From NCBI RefSeq assembly GCF_036321535.1, contig NC_087437.1, positions 37,884,001 to 37,948,000 on the forward strand: a stretch of DNA of 64,000 nt. The letters run 5' to 3'. The position numbers and the translations under genes are program-made. The notes beneath the pieces were generated by a model that worked only from the letters and a program-made list of their open reading frames with translations, did no database searches and was not told where the DNA came from. The stretch comes from Camelus dromedarius (Eukaryota). Below are positions 1 to 12,999 of the stretch, in pieces. Each line of letters opens with the position of its first letter. Position 1 is the first letter of the stretch.

Positions 1-793
1 AAAATATTAGAATTTTCTTATAATTACATAGATGTATCATGAGTAGAAAATTTCCTATTTTGCTAAAAGAATTGATCAGATTTTCATAGCATATTTAGAT
101 TAGTCATTTAATATCAAAACCTATTTTTTAAAATTATTTACTTTCCTTGGTTATTTGTGTATTGCTTTTCAATTAATAGCTTTCAGTTAGCAAAAAAGGA
201 AAGTACTTGATGTGCATTTATTCTCTCTGAAGGTAATCATTGTTCAAAAGATGTGAAATGCGTGGTCCAGAACCCAAGGTACTTAGAATGCATTAGACAC
301 ATCTGTGATGACATTGGAAAGCTGGTTTGTTACCTTACCACATTGTTTCTTCCAAGAAGTAGGCACATTCATAAGAACATAATCCTGAAACTTTCTTAAA
401 ATTTATATTGAAGAGAGGAAAATGAAATGCTGGCTTTAGTAATGGTGATCATTTCTTTTTAAATATTTAATAGGTATAAATAGCTATTTAGTTATTAGCT
501 ACTATAAAATAGTTATTTAATAGGTATAAATAGCTAATTTATGCTGCGGTCAAATTTTTTAAGCTATGCAAACCTTATCTTTTTTACTTCAGGTGGAATT
601 GTTCAACCTTTCTAAATAATAAGCCATTTCTAGGTTAAAGTAAGAAACAACTGGAACATTTTGTGTGGTTTTGTTTTCTTTTGGAGAACTATGCTAGTGG
701 TACTAGGTTCCCCTTTTGAGAAGCTGGGATAATAGGTAATTTGTCCTTGAAATATATTATTAATACCATATCCTGAGGCCGCTAAACTAATTT

Positions 794-1010
794 GAGGGTG
801 AACAAACTACAGCTCATAGACTCAATCTGTCCCAATGCCTGGTTTTGTAAATAAAGTTTTGTTGGGGCACATTGGTCCATTCATGTCCTTTTTGTCTATG
901 GCTGCTTCTTTTGCTATAACGGTAGAGTAGCTGCAACAGAGATGATATGTACTCTAAAGACTAAAATATGTACTATCTGGCTCTTTACAGAAAACATTTG
1001 CTCACTCCTG
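794..1010 (+). mobile_element. MER58A-like hAT-Charlie DNA transposon relic
   Basis: Matches the recalled MER58A consensus: GGG..CAAACTAC, GTTTTGTAAATAAAGTTTT, TATGGCTGCTT, TACTATCTGGCTCTTTACAGAAAA...CCTG; about 215 bp. Confidence 0.85.
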
Positions 1011-1708
1011 AACTGAATTGACCCTTGTGTCCTTGTGTCCTGCCTCATCACTGTAATAAATGCCCAGAAACTATAAAGAGTACACATAGGCCATAGTTGG
1101 CATTTCTTACACTTGAGAAATGCAAATAATCCCCTCAAAGGATGAAAAGTATATTTCTAGACCATGATTAATGGCTTAAATCACTTTTATTATATATCTG
1201 AATAAACATATAACTAGATATACACCCTTTACATATAGCTTTAGTTTATTCCAAGACATAATTAAAGTATTAAAAATTGAATTACCATCGAATGGAATTA
1301 ATGTTGTTATTTTGCAGAAACTAAATCAGTGTTTGGAGGATGAATATGGCACTACCTGATGTGACATAGGGTCTTTTGAGTTTGGCACGTGGGCCCTACT
1401 GCACTCCACGTGGTGACTCAGTTCTCCCTCTGTTTTTCTCCATTCACATTACTATGAAAACTTTATTGGAACAGAAAAAGTTGGCATCATTTTGGGCTTG
1501 ACTTCTTAAGTAAGCATATCATAAATGGAGAAAGATCATAAAATTGTGGCTCTAAAACTACCTGTGTTCTTTTTCTCATTTTCTCAGGACCAATCATCCA
1601 TTCCCTCATGATACCGACTCATTTCTAAACTGATATGCAGTGCAGGCCCTGGAATCCCATGGCAGCCCTTGTTTATAGTGATCTTCCAGGTGACCTGGTA
1701 TGTGCTTT

Positions 1709-1736
1709 TATATATACATATATATATATATATATA
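1709..1736. repeat. (TA)n microsatellite, one interruption
   Basis: Direct reading of the sequence. Confidence 0.9.
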
Positions 1737-3537
1737 AAACATTAGAGTATTGTAATCTGAATTATTAGAATACTCTTAAAGTGAAGAGGAAAATTAAACT
1801 ATTCTCAGTGAGAACTTATAGATTATTAGAATACATTTGTACACCTTTATTCTGTTTGAGAAACATTAAGCCACAGAAGAGATGAAACCATTTTAAAAGA
1901 AAAGAAGTGCAGGTTATGGGTCACTTCATTCATTCAGTAAGGCAAGGATTTAAGATGCTATAATATTACTTAGTGCTGGAGCAGTTTTTATTGCAGACTT
2001 CTAGAACTTGAGCAGAGTCAAAAGCAAGTCCCTCTATTTCAACAGAATTCTTCCTCCTTTAAGCAACCTAACAAATTTAATAAAATAAGCACATTAATAG
2101 TCAGTTTTGCATAATACAGAATTATGAATGAATTGAACAGAATATGGATGATATGTTGTTTGTACTGTTAATACTTACAGCCAACCTGAAAAAACCAAAA
2201 GTTTCTACATCAAATAGTTATGTAGTATAGGATTTCAAGTCTGGGGTGGGAATAATTGCCAAAACAAGTGGTAAGAATAATAAGTAGTCCTAAATTCTAA
2301 AGGAGTTTGATTATAGGAAATGATACAAGGTACAGGAATTTGCTGTAGTGAAGATTCCTATAATGTGAGATCCATATGTATAAAAAAAAAAAACTTGCCA
2401 GATCATTTTATTTCAAAAATAGGTTCTCAAATTTTAACATAAACTTAGACATATTTTGACCCTTGCTTAATATCTTTAGAGAGGATTAATTTAGATAATT
2501 ATATTGTTAAAATTACGCAATTGCTAAAATAATTAGGAAATTATGATTATTCTGGTAATGCAGCTCTGATTTGAACAAGTTCCAGGTACCCACAGTCTCT
2601 ACTGTTTAACCAACTGTTCTAGAACAGATTATGGGATTTGCCTGGGGTGAGGATGACTGAGAATGATGGCTTGGACTCAATTCTAGGTTACTTTACTTTG
2701 ATTTTCTTCCAAAGCAGCAGCTAAACAGAGTGGATGCTGTAAATGAGGTAAGAAAGTAGATGGGTGGATGTGACAAAACACTTGGCCTCTTACACCTCAC
2801 TCAAGTGCTTCGGTGTTAGGTTCTCTTAGCAAACCACTGGGAACGAGACATACCTGAGTCAGAGTGTGGGTCTGTGTGCTCACTGCCTTTTGTGTCCCCA
2901 GTAGTCATGTCAGCACCCAGAAGCAACTTATACTATCTTAACAGGCAATAATGCCATTGTTCAGGAACCTGCATCCCCATACCATGCCTGTGGGACGTAG
3001 GAGGTTCTCTCGCATGCGCACTTAGGCACAACTGGGCCTACCAGCCAATAATATTCTGCTTCGCTGATTACCAGTACATGGAAAAAGTTCTTATCGAAAC
3101 AAAGGGAAAATACAGGTGCAAGGAATAAGGACAATGAGAAAGAAAAACAGTGATACTTTTAAAATAAAAAGACTCCTAATTATTTAGATTAAAAATTATA
3201 TTTTGGATTATTGCACCATCATAGAATACTCTGCAAATTCTTATGATTTTGAAATTTTATTAATAGTCTCCACAATATGCTCAAGAAATTTAGTATACAA
3301 ATACATTTTGTTATCACAAATGCAGTAATGGCCACATTCATATCAAGAAATGATAAATGAACTGCATCTGATATGGTAGCATCTTTTACATTCTCCTTTC
3401 CTCTCTGAATAGATTGTGGCACATTATAAAATAGAATCCCTTTAGTTCATGACTTGTTCAGTTGCAAATTCATGTAAACTACAGGACCAGTTTGGCACCT
3501 GCTGTGATCATGAGTCTACTGCTGTTTCTCTAATCAG

Positions 3538-3811
3538 AAAACATTCCTATTAGATAAACCATCTGGCTTGAAAAGCATCCCTTTTGCATTCAAAATGGTT
3601 TGGTTAGAATTCAGCCAAAGTATATTTTAAAAGGAAAGATGTGTCAGCAAGACCAGTCTGTTTACTAATGGAACAGTCCTCTATTAAAATATCATTTGCA
3701 GAATTAAAGCTACAAAATGAAAATATTACAAAACATGAATGTGTTCTAGTTACATGTGAAAATGCGGGTGGCGGCAGCCTTTGTCTAAGGCCATCCACTG
3801 AAATCTGTTGA
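3538..3811 (+). pseudogene. Putative decayed exon resembling the FSIP2 N-terminal conserved domain
   Basis: Acceptor tgtttctctaatcag|3538. Translation KTFLLDKPSGLKSIP... compares with FSIP2 LLDLPLGVKLPVIP. After a frame change, PVCLLMEQSSIKISFAELK compares with PYCRLLENQYKSLHDPHLK at identical spacing. Comparison from memory. Confidence 0.4.
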
Positions 3812-6409
3812 AACTTAGCTAGTCATAGTCATCATCTGATCAGAGCCAACTGAACTGCGTGGTATTCTGATTGCAGTCATTTTCGCTGATGCGTGACATA
3901 TCACGAATGCTGCTTCGTGACCATCAGTATTATTTGTAGGGTCTAGGGTACTACTTGGATATTGACTGAATCATGTATATTCCTATGGATGTGTGTCATT
4001 TTTATTTATGCTTATATGCTTCAAGCTATATAATTTTACATCATTCAGTCACATACCAATAACACTATAATTCTACTTTAGAAATAATTCATGAGAACCC
4101 AAAATATCTAGCCTTAATATTTTGAGTGAATTTTGGGTGCTACTAACAGGAAAAATAAAATATTGAAGCATAACTTTAAAGTTAATTAAAGCTTAACAGT
4201 CATAAGGAAAAATGTGGATGGTAAAAGAAATGCTGCCCTTTGATCTTTTCTCTTCCATTAATGTGTTTATCAGAATTTTACTGTATGCACATACTTGTTA
4301 AGATGTTCTCAGCTTTATTTTAAAATATAGAGACACTCTTCCTGCCTTCAAGGAGTTTGCATCTGTTTAACGAAGCAAGACTAATAAAATAACTGCCTCG
4401 TCATGAAAAAGTGCATGTGGCTTTTTGAGATTCAATTGAAAATATAAAGATCAGAAAAGGGAAGATCAGAATTTAGAATTGTCTTGATGATCCAGTTGGT
4501 GTTAGAAGGATAGAAAGCGAAAAGGCCAGACACTTGGAGGAAACATGAATGGAAGACTAGAACTGTAGGATACAGGCAAAATGGGCTTTCATATGCACGG
4601 AACAGGACTGGGATTTGGATATATCAAACTGGGGAACTGATAGCTATCCAGAGCCCTTCTAATGTGTTTCAGATAATTTAATATTTGCCTACACAAATCA
4701 ACTTGTGTGGGTAAAGAAGTAATTTTTACTTTTCTTTTTCTCAGCTGACTTGTACTTATACTCATTTTCTTACTTTTTTTACTTTCATTTTCTCAACTGG
4801 GCTGTAAACTCCTTGTCCACGAGGAATATATTATATTCTGGAGCACCATAGTGACTTAAGATGTCTTGAACACTGTGGCACTCACATGATATTTTTTCAA
4901 AGAATGAATACACGTAATAAATGCTAGTCATGTGATTTTGTGTGTGTGTAATGACTAAGACATCTTTGTCATTTTCAACTGAAAATCCAAAAACTTTTTA
5001 TATTGACAATGCCTGAAGTATGAAGTGCTTTTATTGAATTAATGTAAAGGCACGATTATTGCTAAAGTGAAAGAATTCATAAAGGTAAAATTGGAGGATC
5101 CCGGAGAATCCTAACAACCTCTTCAAATTGCCTTTTTAATCCTACCTTATTATCATTTCCTCTTTTTGCTGGCTTTAAATCTCTATGATTGAAATCACTT
5201 CTCTGGAAAGTACTATGGATATGAAATCATTGTCTCCAAGAGGTTACCAGCAATACACTATATGTATATTTGGAACTGTTATGTGTTATCTGGATCTGGA
5301 AATAGGTGATGGAATATTTTGCCATCACATTATTAACAAGAACGTTTTCACCAGATTTGGTAAGCAGCAAATCTGAAAGCAGAGAATAGCTTTGTTCTGA
5401 AAGAAATGATAAAATACAGATAAATTTCATTAGGTAGGGAAAAATTATCAATTTTTAAGACTTGGGAAGGAGCACCCAAGTAAGAGGACCTATGTCAAAA
5501 CAGGTTTCGTGAATATGTGGGGGGAGGGGTGTACACACACTGGTATGTGTTGTATAAAAGCTCTGTCAACGGATAAATGTGCTAGAAAAGTACAAAAATA
5601 ATAAATGAAATAATAGGTAATAAATTTATAGTAATTTTTAAATAATTGATGCTTATATTAAATCAATATAAGCATCTTCTATTTCCTCTTATGGAATACC
5701 TTAAGAGTGGACATTCAATAAAATTATTTAGCCAAAACACCTATTTCTGACAGACATTTAGGTTAATAAAACTGACATATGCCATTTATTGATTATTTAC
5801 ATATGCCAAGTACTATGCCAAGGGTTTAGATATTCATATTTTATAATTTATTTCTCACCATACTTCCATGTTTCTTTATAAATTAGGAAACTGTCACACA
5901 GATACAGGAGCCTCTGCAGTGCCAGAGAATAGGGCTTATGAATTAAATTACTCTGCTTCCCAGATGTATGTTGATGCAAGTTTAGAAAAAGGTGGAAATA
6001 GGTGACTCCTAGTGTTGTTTTTATTGTTACGGTTGACATTTTCCAGATGTAGTGGGCTTCAAAAATCAGGATGCTGTTCAGCAACATACAATCAGTAAAG
6101 TTGCTGGAGTGAACAGCAAGTAAGTGTTGCCACTTGGAAGGATGAGAAACCATTTTGAGGCAAGACTTCTTGAAAGTGATGAGTGAACCTAGAAGTGCGG
6201 ACCTAGCTCACAGCATCCAAATCAGAGCTATGAAAGCTTCAAGGGCCTGTTGAATATTCACGAGAATATAGTATTAGATTCTTCTGATCTCATCAAAACA
6301 AAATGGACTAAATATGAAAGTATTCATGCATGAGCAATTAATAATGATATATTTAAATAATGGCTATTTATTTCTGTTTTTAGTCGTTGCAGATTCCCAT
6401 GTAATTGCA

Positions 6410-6633
6410 AGCAGAATATTACGGTGGTGAACATCACAGTCTCCGGTATGTGCCTGATTTTGAATCTCATGTCTGTCACTTGCTAGCTGTGTGACCTAGA
6501 ATAAGCCAATTAAACTCTTAGAGCCTTAGTTTTCTCATCATGGGTCCATCTGAGGATTAAATAAGTTAAGAACGTAAACACTTAGAACAGTTTCTGACAC
6601 ATAGTAAGCACTAAATGTTAGTCACTATTATTA
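6410..6633 (+). mobile_element. MIR SINE
   Basis: MIR core TCACTTGCTAGCTGTGTGACCT...AGCCTTAGTTTTCTCATC and tail TGAGGATTAAAT...CTTAGAACAG...ACATAGTAAGCACT. Confidence 0.9.
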
Positions 6634-7489
6634 TGGGTTTTATGTAGACACTCTTAAGTAAAATAGATGAATACACTGGTTACTTTAAATCATTGATTTT
6701 TACCTGTGAAAAGGGTGTGAGATATCAAAGAGAGGATGGGGACAGGATTTCCTCTATCTAAACCTCCCTGGAAATTCTGACAAGTCCCTTTTTTCCCCAC
6801 CCCTACCTGCCCCATACGAAAATCGTTCTCTTCCTTCCAGTCGAGAATCTTAAGTTCTAATGAGAGATCTTACTTAACAGAACTATCTTGCAGATGGGAA
6901 TGGTATGGAGGCAGGAAGAGTTTAGAAGCATTGATCTAAGTAGGGTTGGATCACATGATCTTAACTGCCTGAGTAATAGCTTTTTTTACTCAGGTTTTTG
7001 ACATGCTTTATGAAACAAGCTTTGAACCTTACTGTGGAATAGAATCCTCAACACTGAGTATAATAATATCCACTCCAGGTGCCCTCATTATGAATTTACA
7101 AGTAAGAGACTGCTTGCATAGCAAAATTCCAGGAAAATCATGTATCTCCCTTGAGAAACAGGAATATTGGTGAGAGCTTCATGTAACTGATTGTCTCCTT
7201 GCCTTTGACTTGCCTTTAATGATATGCAGAGTGAATATGCATGTTTTTAAATATGATAGATCAGAGGATTAAGTTATCAAAAGAGCTGTATGGAGTATAA
7301 TCTCCTGTAATAGAAATGAGTCCCCATGAGATGACAGTTAAAAGTGTTACTCTGTGGTCACATGTTTTACTTAGAGAAAAGTTTTTTTTTCTTTTGCATT
7401 ATCACAAAAGAAAACTGTGAATATGTTTACATTCACCTAATCGAAGTCGTGTTTTCATATGTAATTCCTATCAGATTTTTATTAGTTTC

Positions 7490-7943
7490 TGTTGTTGGTT
7501 GAATTGTATTCTCCAAAAAGGTAAGTTGAAGTTCTACCTCCTGGTACATGTAAATGTGACCTTATTTGAAAATAATGCCTTCATGTAATGAAGATGTAAT
7601 GAAGTTAAGATACGGTCATAGTGGATTAGGGTGGCCCTTAAAACCAGTGATGGGTGTTCTTATAAGCAGAGGCAGGTTTGAACACAGAGACATAGATGCA
7701 CACAGACAGAAAGTGGTCATGTGAGGATAGAGGCAGAAACTGGAGTGATGCAGCTACAGCCAAGGAATGCCAGGGATTGCCTGCAACTATCAAAAGCTAG
7801 AAAGAGCCTTGAGGGAGAGCAAGACCAAGCTGACACCCGGATTTCAGACTTCCAGCCTTCAAAACTGTGAGAGAATAAATCTCTTTATCTTTAACCCACC
7901 AGTTTGTAGTGCTTTGTCATGGCAGCCCTAAGATGCTAATACA
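7490..7943 (+). mobile_element. MLT1 (MLT1B/C-like) MaLR solo LTR
   Basis: TG...CA termini, GTGACCTTATTTG, TGGATTAGGGTGGCCC, AACTGTGAGAGAATAAAT, GGCAGCCCTAAG..CTAATACA; near-TSD GTTTC/GTTTG. Confidence 0.9.
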
Positions 7944-7959
7944 GTTTGCATCATCCATG

Positions 7960-8363
7960 ACATTCCAACCACAGTGGCTTTTAGATCTCAAACATGTGAA
8001 GTATTTTTCTGCCTGAAGCCTTTGCCATGGCTATTCCCTCTGCCTGGAATACTCTTCTCTAGATCCTTCCATGCTTGGCTTTTGCTTTTCATAAAGGAAT
8101 TACACAGACCAGAGTCCCTCCCTTAGGACCTAAATTAAAGTAGCCAGTCATTTACTCTTCACCATGTCAGCCTCAATTAATTCCTATGTAGAAATTATGC
8201 TGGATATATTTTTTATCTATTTTCTCTTCTTTATGGGTTTAACTATTTTTTGTTCTTTTATCACTAGAATATAAACTATAAGAACAAGAATTTTATGTTT
8301 GTTCAGTACTTAGAATAGTGTCTGGTGTATGTAGGCATTCAGTAAGTATTTACTGAATGAATA
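7960..8363 (+). mobile_element. L2 LINE 3' end
   Basis: CCTTTGC..GCTATTCCCTCTGCCTGGAAT, CTAGAATATAAACT, and terminal CAGTAAGTATTTACTGAATGAAT. Confidence 0.8.
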
Positions 8364-9973
8364 AAGTCGTAATTTTTTATGGCTTGAAACAAAATCTTGT
8401 AATGTCATAGATGAGGTCCTGGAATATATTAGTTGTTTTAATTTTATAAACAGCTGTTGTACATCTCTATGAGCATGACATTTATGATATTTTCATTTTT
8501 TTCAACTTTTGTAAAGTTGGACTTGCAAAAATTATTTTATAAATATTCTTTTACTTCTGAATAACTAGCAGATGTTGCCAAGTATCAGTATCTGAAAGCC
8601 ACATTTTCCAGTTACTCTTAATTTTTTCAAGTTAGCTACTGAGAGGAAAATAAGCTTTTAGCAAATTTTTCTTTTCGCCAACACATTTCTAAAGGTAGTA
8701 GTTGATATATTCTGCAGTTTTCAGTTAACTTGTCAAGAATATAAAGTACAATCTGATTTGTTCTTTCCTGATAATCTTAATGTAGTTAGGCATAATGCAT
8801 GAATATGTAATAGTGTGTTTGTGAAGAAAGATGATGGGTTAGATGGAACGAAGAACTTTTCAAATTTCCTCTCCAGGCAGTGTTTTTCATAAATATTTCC
8901 AACCCAAATGACCTTCTCTATTTGATAACTTTGATGAAATTCCTACCTACAGTTTTATAGATTTATAGTCGTTATGGTATTAACAACCTCCCTAAAAGTT
9001 CTGTATTTTTTAGATATTTTTAGTCTTGAAACTCTCAGTACAAGTTGTTGTTATCTTTGACATTCATCAGTGTTTGCTTTTTGATTGTTTTTGTAAAAAA
9101 CTGTAAGTTCAGATCTGCAATTACCTAGAGACTTATGTGTTATTTTGTCATGGTTTATAGTTTGATTTACATGCATTAGTTGAATATGTTTCTTTCAGCT
9201 GATACCTTGAGATCTTCCTCCATCATTAATTTTCTTTTTTAAAAAGTATTTATCTTTAACATTCTGTTCACGTTGTTACTCTTAGTTAACCATACCACTC
9301 CATGTTTGCCCAGTTGTTCGGCCCTTTAAACATTGAAGGATCCATTCATTCTCTCTTTTTCTTTCTTTTCCTCGTTTCCCATATTCAATTCATAAGCAAA
9401 ACCTACTAGTCTTATTTTAAAATCTATTTGTTTTCCCTCTTCTCCACATGTGTCACTGGGACAACTGAATAAACTGCTGGTGGACTCCCTTATTCTCACT
9501 TAAATTCTCTATGTGATTCATTTCCTCACCTTAGAGTGAATGGGGAAAAAAGTAAACCCTTACTACTACCATCGAAATAAGTGCCAATGTGCTTAGTTCA
9601 GACTCCTTACTAAGACCCTCAGAGACTATAGCAACCGACCCACCAACTTCTCCAACACTGGCTGGCTTTCTTTCCTCTGATATACCAAGATTATATTTAA
9701 TTTAGGGCTTTTTGGTTCCCCCTGCTTTGCCCAGATCTGGCTGACTGCCTTCTCAGCCTTAGGCTTCAGCTCAAATATCACCTTTTTAGAAATACCAGTC
9801 CTTAACTTCCCATCTAAAATACTCCTCTACACTGTCAGTCTCTGTAACAGACAACTCTTTGCCCTTATTAATTTTAAACAACACCCTGAGTTTGTTTACC
9901 CTCCTTGCATAACCACATGTTTCAGAGGATGTGGGCTCCAACTCCATGAGTCTAAATCTGGTGGATTTAAATC

Positions 9974-10352
9974 TTTTTTTCATTTACAGTATTATATTAG
10001 TTTCAGGTGTACAACGTAGTAGTTCAAAATTTTTATAGATTATACTCCATTTAAAGTTATTATAAAATATTGGCTATAGTCTCTGTGCTGTACAATATAT
10101 CCTTGTAGCGTATTTATTTTATACATGTAGTTTGTACCTCTCAATCCCCTACCTCTATCGTGCCCCTCCCCACTTCCCTCTCCCGCTGGTAACTATTCGT
10201 TTGTTCTCCATATCTGTGAATTTATTTCTATTTTGTTATATTCATTAGTTTTAGTAGTTTGTTTTATTTTTTAGATTCATATAGAAATAGTAACATACAA
10301 TATTTTCTTTCTCTGACTGACTTATTTCAGTAAGCATATCACCCTTCTGGTA
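9974..10352 (-). mobile_element. 5'-truncated L1 3' end (cetartiodactyl-type)
   Basis: Poly-T followed by typical antisense L1 3'UTR (GTTTCAGGTGTACAAC, CTGTGCTGTACAATATATCCTTG, CTGACTTATTTCA); TTTAAATCTTT on both sides is a probable TSD. Confidence 0.9.
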
Positions 10353-10489
10353 TGAGTTTAAATCTTTATAAGTCTAACTCAGTAGTTTTCAACAATGGCA
10401 GGGTCCCACACACAGAGATTTTGATATTCGTAGTCTGAGATTAAAAACCATTTTTCTGAATCAGTTACAGTATTTTGAGTACACTTTGA

Positions 10490-10900
10490 TCCAGTACAGG
10501 AGTGGGCGTGGGTTGAAATTTGGTAAATGAGACGTGAAGGAAAAATTGCTTATGGGATTCTGAGAAATGTTCTTTGTCTTAAAAGAGGGATCAAAGAAGA
10601 TCTAACCCCTCAACAACCAGCTCTGCATTGTTGTGTAAGATCATGAAGCTGGGAACTATTGCAGCTGCCCAGTGCCCACGAGGGTGGAAGCCTGAGTGTA
10701 AAGGCCGACATCGGGATGACAGAGAAGACAGACAGAGAGAGCCAGAGTCTAAACGGCATTGTTGAGTCAGGTAACCCTAACATGACATTAATTCTAGTCT
10801 TTTTTTTTTAATTAATGTGAGATAATAAATCTCACTCTTACTTAAGCCATTTAAAGTTGGGTCTCATGTTAATTGCAGATCAAAGTAGCCTAATTGGTAT
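10490..10900 (+). mobile_element. Old MLT1 (MLT1J/K-like) LTR
   Basis: AATGAGACGTGAAGG..., TGAGATAATAAAT..CTTAAGCCATT...GTTGGG motif typical of old MLT1 3' ends. Confidence 0.65.
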
Positions 10901-11387
10901 GTTTTCTAGTTCATTACCCTGTCCAGTTGTCTTAATGCAGGCAATAAACTCTGAAATTGCCTTGCTTATTTATGCATTTCTTTTTCTTTTTTTTTTTTTT
11001 TGTCTTTCACTGCATTTTAAGAAAAAGAGCATTGTTTTATATTAATTTCTGACCCAGTGCCTGGAATGTTGTTTAGCACGTAGTAGATACTGAATGAATG
11101 TATGAAAATTTATGATGAATCCATTCAGTCTATCACGTTTATCTCTTTAATACCTAAAGGTAAACTCTTTCTACAGTTTATATTCTACCAGTTCATCTTC
11201 CACGCTGCTGCTAGAGCAGAAAAGATCTTACCTGCTTAAAGTCTGTCTGTAGTGCCCCTGTGCCTAGCAAATTCATACTCCATTGCATGGTAGACATCAG
11301 GTCTCTATCTGCTTATTCAGCTTTTCTGATGCTTGTCTGTACTGCAGTCATATTTAAGATCTCAAATCTCTTCTAACAAACCATACA

Positions 11388-11830
11388 TGGTAGGCAGAAT
11401 TCTGAGATGATTTACAAAATTACTACCTTCTGTTATGCACACTTTGTATAGTAATTCCCTTTGAGTGTGAATGGACCTGACTCGATCAGATGAGCCCTTT
11501 TGAAAAAAGGTGTAGAAGTCAGAGAAGGAAGAATTCAGAGATATTCCAAGCTGCAACAGATGTCCTCCTGGCCCCAGCAGCCTCTGTCCTATAACCACAA
11601 GGAATTGAATTCAGCCAACAATCTAAATAAGCTTGAAAGCAGACCCCAAACTCCAGGGAAGAACTCTAGCCAGGATGACATTTTTAATGCAGCTTTGTGA
11701 GACACTACATGGAAAACTCAGCTGAGATATACCCAGAATTCTGACCTACACTATTGTGAGATAATATATGGATGATTTTGAGCTGCTGAGTTTGTGGTAA
11801 TTTGTCTTGCAGTAATAGAACACTAATACA
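11388..11830 (+). mobile_element. MLT1E-like MaLR solo LTR
   Basis: TGGTAGGCAGAATTCTGAGATG start; AACCACAAGGAATTGAATTCAGCCAACAA; end GTTTGTGGTAATTTGT..GTAATAGAACACTAATACA. Confidence 0.85.
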
Positions 11831-12903
11831 TCATGCTTTCTCAGTTCTCTTTGCCTTTTACTCATTGTTCCCTCTGATTTCAATTCATGTCTGGGTAGTA
11901 GATATTTACCTAACTTACAAGATCCAACTCATGCATGACCTTCTTTAAGAATACTTCCTCTGCAAAACACCTTTTTCTCAGCCCTGGCTAGTTTACTTCA
12001 ATGTACTTCATTTTCCTCCTCAGTGGGTTTAATTGTTCTAACACTTCCCTTTCATATGTCTGTTATATTTGAATGGTAGTGTCCTCATTTTGAACTGAAG
12101 CTATGACCCTGGTCATGGCAAGACCAATGTCATACTGGAACCAAGTTATCGTGAGTCTCTTGATAAAAACATACCCCAAGTATCCTGAAGATATTTGATT
12201 AATTCAGTCGTAGTGCCTCAGGTTTTTGTGAGAATGTGACATCACTGTTACAGTCACTCATATTTTTTTCCACATTAACCCTCAATGGACTGATGACTAA
12301 GTCCACAGTTGACAATGGACATAGAAGGTAACAACAAAATACAGTTGTAAGAACTGACTTGTGGTTTATTAGGACATAATAATGACATCTACATTACCTT
12401 TGCGTCTTGTCACTGAAACAATTGCAAAACAATGAGAATTCTAAGAAAGAGATGAGAAACACAGCTCATCTGTGGTAAAACTAGAAGTGATCTGTAACCC
12501 TAAAAAACACATGAAGAATGCCTGCTAAATCCAGTGACAGTAATAATATGATACAAGAAAATGCTGAGAAAAGAAACCTCCAGCTGCACCATCAGATAAT
12601 GCTGGCATAGAGAACACTCCGGGATAGGTGGTCACCCTGAGGGATAAAACGTGACTAACAACTGCATATCTCAAATGGTAGGGTGGGCTGTAGGGATTTT
12701 CCTAGACCTTATTTATCATCACAGAGAAGTAAGGAGATGAAGCTGAAGAAGGAAGCACACAAACATTCTAAATGTACAAAAGCAATCTGCCAGGGAATCC
12801 GGATAAAGGGAAGCCTTTGAACGGTAAACAGCCTTGCAACTGCCGATTCCTTTCCACTGGGAGAAATAAAAGCTAAATAATCCCTCTCTGTCTGTGTTTC
12901 TCT

Positions 12904-12906
<3 letters not shown>

Positions 12907-12940
<34 letters not shown>
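12907..12940. repeat. (TG)17 microsatellite preceded by (TC)n
   Basis: Direct reading of the sequence. Confidence 0.95.
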
Positions 12941-12941
<1 letters not shown>

Positions 12942-12999
12942 ATGTATGTTTGTGGAAATGTGTCATATACACATGCACATATGCACCGACAAACTCGAA

